Shown here one piece after another: positions 39,954-51,800 of a stretch of DNA of 64,000 nucleotides. Source of the DNA: Lingula anatina (Eukaryota; Animalia; Brachiopoda); the NCBI GenBank assembly GCA_051362555.1, contig CM120648.1:12272587-12336586 (forward strand), read 5' to 3'. Positions within the stretch are counted from its first letter, which is position 1, and every line of letters starts with the position of its first letter. A program made the translations under genes and the position numbers. Below the pieces are notes generated by a model. That model saw only the letters and a list, made by a program, of their open reading frames with translations. It did not search any database and was not told the DNA's origin.

Positions 39954-42900
39954 TAAGAAGTGAATTTTGTTGTTCAATGAACTTAATATCACTGTCTGTA
40001 GCCCATTATAAGTCACATAAATAATTCACAAGGCATTATATCTACTCTGAATACATCAATAATAATGAATTCCACATTGATGTGAAGGAAAATAATATAG
40101 ATCTAAAATTCTGGTTCACCTGTAACTACTGCCAGCATATCTACTTTAACAACAGAACCAATATAATCACACAGTGTCATAATCATCATTTTTTTTTTTT
40201 CAGTTTTATCCTGGAGAAAGCAGCAAACAGCTGTAGTAACTTTGAAGATAATACCCTCACGGCTTTTGACAAGTAGAATATCATTCACAGTTTACATTTA
40301 TCTCATGAAACTATTTCTTCAAACCACACATTTTACTTTCCACGTCACATTTACCTTATTTTTGGGTCAATGACTTAGATTCTAGGGACATAATCCACAA
40401 AAACAGCAGTCAGCCATTTCACACATGATGTCCCCGAAATACGACTCACGTGGCCCTATTTCTCCTATACATCCAACAACTTGTGTCTGCCTGTACAGGA
40501 GCATATGTGTGAAGTCAAATGCTAATCCCCTCAATAAATAAACCATCTGTGCAGCGTCAGGCGCTCTCTGCATGTGAACTAAGACATCTGTGTAGGAGGA
40601 AAGAGGATAATGTCACCACGTCACTGCGCTTCAGCTATGTGACACATGTTCATTTGTCAACAAAGGCCCATTGGCAAGAAATAGGTTGACTGCGGTTTGA
40701 AAAGGATGATTTTCAGTTTATTTCAAATTATAAATGTATCTTATTACATATTTATCTACCTACGTATCTTTCTATTCATTTACTTACAAATTTTTCCTAG
40801 CTACCTATTTCCTCACAATGTCATTATCAGAAAGATGGACAGCAGTCATTTTATAAAAGACAAAATATGTCAATGTGACCTTCAGCCTCTACTTGGATGG
40901 CCTGCCATCTGTTCACATTCACAGTGCCGACGACTGACTTCCATGAACTGATCCCCAGAAGCAGCCAACAGTCAATAGAAAACAAAGCCCAGGACTTCCA
41001 CCACTGAGAAATATGTTATTACCACTTCTTCAAAGAAAACATAACTTGTGTTGGAAAACATCAAAATGGTACCTAATTTCAAAACGGTCAAAGTCACACT
41101 TATATGGTAGAGCAAATCTGGGCAAACCACAATATCGGGATTGCCCCCAACTGTCAATCATCTCGTAAATCATCCATCCACGCTCGTACCTCTCTTCCGC
41201 CATTATCACCTTCATCGTCCTGAGGCGTCTGTCGCACATGACAGCTCAGCAAGTGCCCCATGAGGGAGCAAACCAGTCCAGTTACCAGAGGAATAAGGCA
41301 CCCATGGCCACTGTGTCCTTACACTTGTGCCACGTCTGACAAAACATCTCTTAGTATAGGCACCGAGATCTAAAATATCCCCTAGTTAGATAGGAATCTT
41401 AATCAGTACTGGACTTGAGTAATGCTGTACAAACTTTGCGCTTGCTAATTCAGAGGCCAGGGCATTGACGGTAAGATAGCAGCCCCGAGACATGGATTTC
41501 TATTCCAATCTTTATCTCTCTCTGCAATACATACAGGTCCTCAAATGTTTTAAGAGAGAGAAGTTTATCATTAAACAGCCAGCAAAAGTCCAATGTTTAC
41601 CTACACTTGGCTGGTTTGAGTCTTGGCCCATTTACACCCAAATTGTGACAACTTATCTTAGAACAGTGAGAAAACAGTGAATTTGCCAGTGATCCAGGGG
41701 ATCTTCTGTAAGAAAAATGAGACCACGTTATCACCAATCTTCAATCCCTTGAGATTCAATTATGCTACCTAATAGTGAATTACTGCTGTCAGTCAGTCCA
41801 ATATGACCACTTGTCTGAACACGGCTCATACACACCTTATATAATTATTGTGTGTTTATAGTTAATATTAACTTGGGTCACATATGCACCAAGTATTTAC
41901 TTAATGAAAAATTGATATCAAAAATTGACATAAACGCCAAACATATGAAAGCCTGTTGGTATAACCGGGGATATAAAACTGATTTCACAAAGCTTCATAA
42001 AAGAGGAATTCACTTTTCAACACCTGTTGTTCTGACAGGGATAACTTTTTCTAATCATCAGCTTTTCTAATCACAGCAAGGATTAAAAGGTGAGTAGGCA
42101 GAGCATAGGGTGACCCTGAAATCTCGGCACACCAGAAATATCTCTATCTTTCATAAGCCTTAAAGATTAAACAGGACTTTGTGAAAAGAGGGATATCATC
42201 TTAATTATACTTGAAATTAATATACTTTTACTTGAAATTTACATCTTTAATATAATTAAGATGATAAAAAGTTAAAATAAAATGTTACTCCAGTTTACAT
42301 TTTACCTTTAAGTTTAGAAACTTTAGGAGCACTGTGTATTTTCAGGGTGATGTGGGAGTATTTGTACAGCCTGTGTAATTTCTAAGTGAGATTAACAGTC
42401 TTCCTCAATGTTGCTTACTTCAATAATACCTAATACCAGGAAAGGGTGTTGACCTCTGCACTTCTTTCTACATAATTAGTTGAATTATATATGCCAGGCT
42501 TTACTTTTTAAGTTTGATAATTTATTAAGTATATAAGCATGCTCTGCATGATAAAACTGGTGAAATTATTTTTAAATTTTCAGCAGTTGATAAAAAAAGT
42601 TATAAAATGAACTTTATTTTCGATATAAATTATGATTCATTCAGTTGTGATGTTCATAAGGCAAAAATATCCAATCTAATACTGGACACTCACATGGATG
42701 TGCTAAATGTTATGCAGCAGTGTCACTTGTGGTGACAGTTCCCTGAAGATGTCCTTGTCAAAAAAGGGCAAAATGCCAGTCTCCGCATAACCTCTAGCAG
42801 ACCTACATAAGTGACCAGTATTATATTTAATATTTTTGCCTTCTGAAATATATTTAGAGTAAACTTATTTTCTGTACTTAATTCATCTTTGAAACTATTG

Positions 42901-44749
42901 TTAAACTGGTCCTTGGTTTGAAAAATCAGGGATAAACACCTGAAAAGATCAGTATGCTGGCTGTGTGTGTGTGTGTGTGTGTAGATACAGGTCACATTGT
43001 GTTAGGTGAGATAGGCAGCAATTTCAACACACAGACAGTTGCACCTTCAGGTCACATCTCAGGACATTGTTATTAACACGTACAACCTGGCATGTCCTCT
43101 GTTGACTTCTTTGTACGTAATCTTATCAATTTTATTTTTAGTTTCAAAATGATGACTATTTCAAATCCATTTCAACTTCTTGTACTCCAGTCTGTTTTAA
43201 ATTCAGTGTTTTTGCCCCTTTTTTTCTCAGATCTTTCTGAATTAGATGTGCAATTAAAAGACAAAAAATATCCAGTTAATTCCCACCTCTGACAAACAGC
43301 TTTACCAGCCATGTACTCCACTGAAATCTAAATAGTCTCTTGCTCTTTAAACATCAAATTATTTTATGTAAGTCTCAAAATTTACTCATATCTCACATGT
43401 CATTTACTCAGTTGGTTAGTGGCTAGCAGATAAAGGTACTGAGGTTGTGCCGCCATACTCCGTTATCTCATATATCTATCAGCATCTCACCTGTCGTATA
43501 CTCTGTTGGTTGGTGGCTGGCATATAAAGGTACTGAGGTTGTGCCGCCATACTCTTTTGTCTCATATAATCTATCAATATCTCACCTGTCGTATACTCTG
43601 TTGGTTAGTGGCTGGCATATAAAGGTACTGGGGTTATGCCGCCATACTCTGTTGTCTCATATAATCTATCAATATCTCACCTGTCGTATACTCTGTTGGT
43701 TAGTGGCTGGCATATAAAGGTACTGAGGTTGTGCCGCCATACTCTGTTGTCCCGAGGGGTTGTTCTGTGCCGCCATCTGCTGGGCTGACTGAGGAGCTAG
43801 GGGCGGCTTGTTTAGATCATGAGTGGTGGCTCCGGTGGCTGACACTATAGCTGTACGAACCTGCAGGGACAGAAACAAAGATCAGAATGTACTAATCACA
43901 ACTTTCTCATCCAAGTTGTTTTCCAATTTCTTTCATGTGTTTTCTGTACGGACAGAAACAAATAATGAAATGAACCAATCACAACTTTCTTGTCCAAGTT
44001 GTTTTCCATTTTCTTCATCTGTTTTCGAAATTATTTTAGGATGAAATAAATTAACTAACTCCTACTCAGGGATTGAGAAATAATAAGTAACCCATTAGTA
44101 CAGGAGGTAGGATGGAAGACATGCTGTCAAATGAAAATTATCAGGTGGAAGCTTTTAATTAGCACTTTCTTGATGTAAAGAGCTGTTTGGAAAACACGCA
44201 GAAATGAAACTACTTCTGTACTTGACACCTTGCACTGACATAGGAGCATTCACAACCACTTGATCCTCGGACTAACAAGTCCATGGATCAAATACTTGAA
44301 AACATGTACCAAGATTAAATTGCTCTGCCCCTGCTGGAAAAGCGTAGGAGGAAGGAAATCAATAACATAATTTAAAGGAGGTTATGCAGATTTCTTTCAA
44401 GTTTCCCCATAGTTAGTCCACGTATCAACTGGTTGTGAATGCTACCAATGGCTCTACAAGCAGAAGTGTGCTTCATGGTGGAACAGATGCTGTTGTCTTG
44501 ACGGGGCCGTAGCAATAGTCCGAAGGTTCAATAGTCAGAAGGTTCATTGGTCCGAATGTTCATTATAGAACCTTCGGACAAATGAACCCTTGATTAAAAA
44601 ATCGATGAAAATGTAACCACTTTTCGGACCAATGAACCTTCGGACCAATGAACCTTCGGACTATCGAGACGCCCCCGTCTTGACACATGCATATGTGAGT
44701 GCATGTGTGAGAATGAGAGACAGGCCGCATTCGAGAGAGAGAGAGAGAG

Positions 44750-44788
<39 letters not shown>

Positions 44789-46991
44789 TGGAGGGGTGAC
44801 TTACTTGTGGTTGTTCCTGTTGCTGCTGCGTTTGTTGTGGTGGCTGTTGTTGCTGTTGCTGATAGTAGACTTGTTGCTGCACAGGGAATCCAGTTTGCTG
44901 GATTGGCTGGTACTCAACTTCTGCTCCTGGGGAAATAATACACCAATTATTCCAGGTCCAGGTAAATAATGAAATAGTTTCTTTTTTTGATTTCTTTTTA
45001 ATATCCAACTTAAAGATGAAGAAAAATTGAATATTCTAATCTGTTATGCAGGCAAGTCCTAAGCAATTCTTCATCACAGAACCAGGGATTAAAAGAACAC
45101 ATCTATTCAGTCAGTCAGAGATAGAACACGGTCTCCACTGGAAATTCAGAAGAACGAAAGTCTGAAATTATCTCATCATTTGACTGGGCCGTTTCTGCAC
45201 GTCAATGCCAGCATAAAAGGGGGCTCTACAACATTTGCTGGGTTTGCTACTGAAAAGTAATGCACTGGGTGGGAAAGAGAAAGCATCCTTAGTCTTTTTT
45301 GAAAAAAAAAAAAAACTCTCTGGGCTTTAAACTGCCAAGTCCCAAAAGCTCATTTAAAAGCTGTACAACATCAGCACTTTGACCACTATTCTGTAGAGTT
45401 AACAGTATCGCAACACCCCTACCATACGAATCAAACTAAGAGGCTCCTTTTGTATTCCCTATTTAATAGCATCAATTCATTCACACTTGTCTTCAATGGC
45501 ATCAGGACAAGAATTCCACAATCCAGTGTGATTTTCTTTTTTTCTATCTGTCTATCTGATTATGGTACATAATCCTGTGCTGAGCACATCTGTTCAGTAA
45601 TATTCTTCATGTATTGTGTATAACATTATTTATATGTATTGAGTATAGGAATAAAAAAAGTCAAATCCTCAGGTGAGCTTGCCTGTGTCTAGCCATTACC
45701 ACTGGCCCTATCCTGACACTGTCCTACTGACCTCTCGGTGACCTTTGGATGACCTCTGGCTAACATGACAGGCCTAAAATTCCCAGACACACCCCCTCCA
45801 CCTCTCATCACTAAACAAGGCAACTGATGCTTAGAGATCTCCACTGCAACTTGTGGCTTTATCTTTAATTCATGACAATCATATCACACAAAACTAACTT
45901 CAACCTGACGTGCAGCAATACTTATGCTAGAAACGTACATGGTCACACTTTGGTCCTGTCATCCTCACCCAAAACAGATGTGTGGGTGGCAGCAGTTAAG
46001 TCTGTACAACACCATCATTACAGGGTCTTTTTGACATGGTGTAACAAAATGTAAGATTAGTGGAGTCAAACAGAGCTAAATATTATTCAAATTGTCAGAT
46101 AATTTGAAAGTCAATATTTGATCCGTGCCCAATGTTCTCCACGACCTGTTTTCAGGTGGCGCAGCGCCACCTAAAATAAGCCAGTGCCCGAGAAGAAGGG
46201 CAGTAACAATTATCTGGAGGCCAGGTGCAGCCTCACCACCCCTTTCTGTGGTTCAAGATAATCTTCCCAATCCATCCTGGTGTCGGATATTTCACAGACT
46301 CACTTCCAAGTCAATGACTCTGTCAATTTCCTCAAGTCCTTCACCAATTTCCTGCTGCATAACTGAGCACATTTAGACCAGCAGAATAACTAAATAAACA
46401 GATCCACGGATCAAATATGGCCACCCATATAAAAGCTTGCCACTTAAATCCGGATTAGACACTAAACAGATTCCCCGCGGAAATTACCCAACAAGCATTC
46501 GAGTGGGTCGGCCATATTTGATCCACGGATCTGTTAGTCCACAGTTCTGAATGCGCTCACCGAGTTACCAAAGTCTGTCCAGAAACCACAGGTTCATTCT
46601 GACCTGATAAGCACACCATACCGAAATCAGGTTACTACATCAGCCAGGAAGTCCTAGGTAAGATATACTGTTCTAACATTGTTTATTAACTGGTACGTGG
46701 TCCTCTAAAACACACATTATATATATTTATTTATATATACCTATGTATGTGATAAGGCTACCACATAAACACAGGCACCAAGGCCACCTCAGATTATATC
46801 AACAGTCTGTATTTATTCTTGCCGGGATAACATATCACACTCCCTTCCTTGATGTGAGGCAGGGCAGCAGTGCCAATATCATATTCAACACTATTTTTGA
46901 CCCGGAAAAATCATTAAACTACTTTCTTGTTTGTGAAATATATGTGCAAACATCATCATCACCATCCTATGTTTAAATTTTTTGTTTTTTT

Positions 46992-47022
<31 letters not shown>

Positions 47023-48788
47023 TTTGTCGTTTATAATTTTTAAAAAAAATTATGGGGGGGGGGGGGGGATCAATAATGACCATGGCTGCATAGCCTGCAT
47101 TCATTACCAAAGTTGATCCAAGGTCTAACAGATCACATATGGCTGACCCACTTGAAAGATTACCGCATAATTCCCATTGGGAATCTATTCAGTGTCTACT
47201 AGGGGATTCCGTATGCGTCAAGCTTTCAAGTGGACCAGCTTTGTTTGATCCAGATTCTTTTAGATGTCTCCACCCCCTCCAAACCTGTTACAAATCAATA
47301 CATGAAAATATTGGCGTAATTTCGGCCATTTCTGCAATTTAATGGTTTGTATATCACACTTTTCTACCAAATTGATAGAAATAGATAAATTTGCCTGCCA
47401 ACTTACCATTTTTGTTAAGTGCTACCCCCAACCCCACCTCAGCCTTTATGATGTACTCAATATATATCTACTTCAGCAGTCCTGAGTGCATTCCACAACT
47501 GATACTGCATACCAGGATGTATACACTCCGTATGAAATATAGATCATGGACACTGCTTACAATGTATTCATTTGATGCTGCCCCTACAGCTTCTGTATAT
47601 TTTTATATATTCCAGCAAGCTAGTCTTCTGGGCCAGCATTCAGAGATGTGTTCAGACAAGATTCAGAATGGACTTTTTCTATAAATGAGGAATTTAGATG
47701 CTGGAGTCCCAGTGGGGGTGGGGTCTGGAGTTGGGGGAAATGGGGTGGGGTGGTAGGTGGAGATGGGAGCAAGAAGAGGATTTGGGGGGGGGGGGGGGGG
47801 GGAGAAGAGAAGGTTGATTAATGAACTTGAGACCATAAAAACCACGAGGAGTTATTTCGCTTCACTGGTGACATATTTCTCACTAAAAATAAAATGTGGT
47901 TATCTACAGGATTCTCCATTACAGCCAATCAATCTACAGCTACCATGAACAAGGCAGCAAAGCTGTCAAATGTACAGACAAAAAACAGAAAATAAAGATG
48001 CAAAAAAGGTCATTTTGTCAATTTTGATGCAATAATAAATAATGCTTATAATAGCACTGTCAGTCAACACTGAATTTTAATCTTGTACAACGGGTAACAT
48101 GGTCAATAACAGGAGCAGACCCAGAGATATTTTCTGACAGTATTACAAAGTATCTATGTTGATCCATCCTCCATTTTGATGGTCTTCCAACAGAAAAAAA
48201 TAGATACCAGTCAATATAAACTTAATAACCTGACTGTCTTCCGGAAGACCCAGAAGATGGTCTCAATCCACCCCTTCAATAAGATTACAGTTTCAGGACC
48301 ATGAGAGTTCAAATTCACATTATGAAAGTCTCAATATTTGAAAAATGATGACAGTGCATAAAATAATATTACATAATGTTTAAAGACATAAAAAACAATA
48401 CAACTGCTTATGTAGAAATACAGAAAATGTGCAGAGCCCCAGGCAGATGAGAGTTAAAAGTCACAAATGCAAGTGTTTGAGAAAAAATTATAAAGGAAAA
48501 CAACAAAACTAGAAAAGCACTTTGAGAGTGCAGACCTCTGCCAAGGCAGCAATTGTTGATTATTATTGATAATTGATTGATTATTGATCCAGACCACCAC
48601 CAAAAATTAATCATTGTCCTCTTTGGCCCACTTCCGACAGTTCCTGAAAATTTCTGCAAAATTGGTCCATAACTTTTTGTGTTATGTGGATGACAGACAA
48701 ACAGGGGTGAAAATATAACCCCCTTGGCAGAGCTTGAGGTAAATATAATTCCAATGAAGATGCTATTCAAACTTTTAATCTTCCAGTT

Positions 48789-48872
<84 letters not shown>

Positions 48873-51800
48873 CTTATTTGCAATATTAAACAAAATTTAC
48901 CTGCATAATTATCACTGCTTCCTTATTATTAATCTAGCAGAGAGCTTTACCTTTGGGAGTTTACAGGGAAATATCAACAAGTGTGCTTTACGTAATCTCA
49001 TTTAATGGCCTATTAAAGCAAATGACTTTATAACTCTGAAATTAATCTAGTGATACCCAAGGGTAATTTACAGACTGACCCACTCAAAGGTCTTCAGGCC
49101 CATAAGTCACACCTTAAGAAAAGCACAAAACCATAATGCCCAAAATAGGAGACTACCAATCCTGAAGCAATAATACATTATGTTTAACTGCACAGTCAAC
49201 ATCAACTTATGCACAACAGGTAACACAGACGAAAGTAAAAGCATAATGCTCCAGGCCCATCAGAGTTCAAGTTTATACTTAGAAAGTGCCAGAATGAGAA
49301 AAATGAAAATTTCACAAAAAATGCATAAATACAATAAACATGATAATCCAATAGAGCTGGTTTTCTCATGAGCTGAAGGCCAATCCTAAAAATCGTACTT
49401 GTAAGTTTAAAATTATAATAAGTAGCACAGTTTTCTTTTCATAATGTTTGCAGTAGCAGTGCAAAAAGATTGTTGTCAATTTTGATGTAACATTACATAA
49501 TAAATTAGAGAATAATTATCACCAATTTTTGTTTTTTGACTATAAATAGGATGGACATGTAGAAAATATGATTACCATTTGGCTTCATGTCCATGGGAGC
49601 TCCGAGTCCCACAATGAATATGCCAAAAAGATAATGAATATTACACTAAAATGTATAACTTCCAGAAAAAGAAGCCAATTAGACTGCTTTTCTAACTCAG
49701 GCTGCATTTTAGTCCTGTGTTTCTTTTTTGAAAGTTTGACAGTCATAAGTAACATGGTTTTCCCATAATGGTCATCAAGGCAGCAGCACCAAAAATTGTG
49801 TTTTCTTCTATTTTGATGCAACATTACATAATGCTTAACAGCATACTGACCATCGATTTTTAATAATAAAATATAAGTGTCATGGATTTTCACAAAATGT
49901 GACTAGCATGGGTCTTCAAGCCCGTGGAGGTTCCAAGTCACACCTTGGAAATGCCAATATGTGAAAAATTAAATTTTCACAAAAAACTGTTTAATTGCCA
50001 GAAAAATTTACCAAACAGACTGCATTGCCTACTGAAGCTGTATTTTAGTCCCATGTTTCTTTCCTGTAATTTTGAGAACAGTAAGTGACATGATTTTCCT
50101 TAAATGGTCATCATGGGAGCACTGCCCAAAATAGGGGTTTCTTCAAATTTTGATGCAATATTACATAATGTTTTACAGCATAATGACCATCAATTTTTAA
50201 TTATAAAATATTAGTATCATGGTTATTCAGAAAATGTAACTAGCAAAAGTCTTCAGGCCCATGGAACTTTAAAGTCACATATTGAAAATGCCAAAATGTA
50301 AACAAGACAGCACTGTTCTGAAATGGGTTTATTTCCATTTTTAACACTTTTTTAACATAAAACAAAATAAACAGTTTACTGCCATTTTTATATGACCAAT
50401 GAAGAAAATTGATGAGATGGGAAAAGTATCAATAGAACAGTGTTAAATGTCCAACTTCCTCCATTCTGAGATTCTGAACATAGTGGATGAATGCATCTGA
50501 CAAACTGCAATGATATGAGTTTATTTCCATTTTTGACACTTTATTACACAATACATGATAACAAGTTTACCATCATTTTTACAAAATCAACTAACAATGT
50601 TGTTAAGATGCAGGAAATGTCAAACAAACACTTTTACGTATCTTACTAGTTCAATAATGAGACTGTTAACATGCCTAAGAATTGAATGTGAGGAAATGTG
50701 AAAAAACAGCATAACTTCTAAAATAATGGACTGATTATGCTGATTTTCAAACTCAACCTGCGTTTTAGTAAGATTGGCCCCTCCTGTGAGTATAATGACA
50801 ATTGGCCAATCTGTTTTTCTTATATTGTGTTATCAGTGTTGCATATATACTGAAAAAAGTGAAAAAACAGCATAAATTCCCTATATGTGACCCGATCAGG
50901 CTGATTTTCGAACTTGACCTGTGTATTATGAATATTTATCAGTTCTGTAAGTTTCAAGCCAAAAGGTAAAATGGTTTTCCACTTATCGTGTTATCGGTGC
51001 TGCATATATGCTGAAAAAATAGAAAAAAATAGCCTAAATTCACTAAAAATGACCCAATCACGCTGATTTTCGAACTTGACCTGCGTATTAAGTATATTCA
51101 TCAGTTCTGTAAGTTTCAAGCCAAAAAGTAAAATGGTTTTCTACTTATGGTGTTATCGGTGCTGCATATATGCTGAAAAAAGTGAAAAAACAGCATAAAT
51201 TCCCTAAAAGTGACCCGATCATGCTGATTTTCGAACTTGACCTGCGTTTTATGAATATTCATCAGTTCTGCAAGTTTCAAGTCAAAAGGTAAAATGGTTT
51301 TCCACTTATGGTGTTATCGGTAAAAGTGCACGGCGACGGTGACGGCGACGACAGCGACGACGGCGACGGCGACGACAGACGCAGATGATGGCTATATGTA
51401 CAGACACATCTGTGTCTGTACATAAAAATGAGAAGACTGCAAGTCATGGTTTCTATGGATAAATTGACATGACATGGCATGTTGCTGGATGATTATCAAG
51501 TCAGCATGTGGAGAGACATGTCAGTAGTGTGTGACACAGACCAGACTGCAACCACAACCAACACTTGAAGTAATTCTGATCTTGGAACATTTTCCTTACT
51601 GTAATGCAAGACCCCCCCCCCCCCCCCTTCTCTCTCTCTCTCTCTCTGATCACATTCACAACGAGTTGGGCCAGGCTTTACAAATCCTGGGGACTAAATA
51701 TGGCAGAAGTACATGAAAGAAAAACCGCCTAATCTTTTAATAGTCTCTCCGCCTCTCACACGCCTCCCCACATGTCGTCCCTGCAGGGGGACAGTCATTA

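Noticed and set aside
48408-49005. 161-aa and 93-aa ORFs
   Set aside because: Made of (TA)n plus a non-autonomous repeat.
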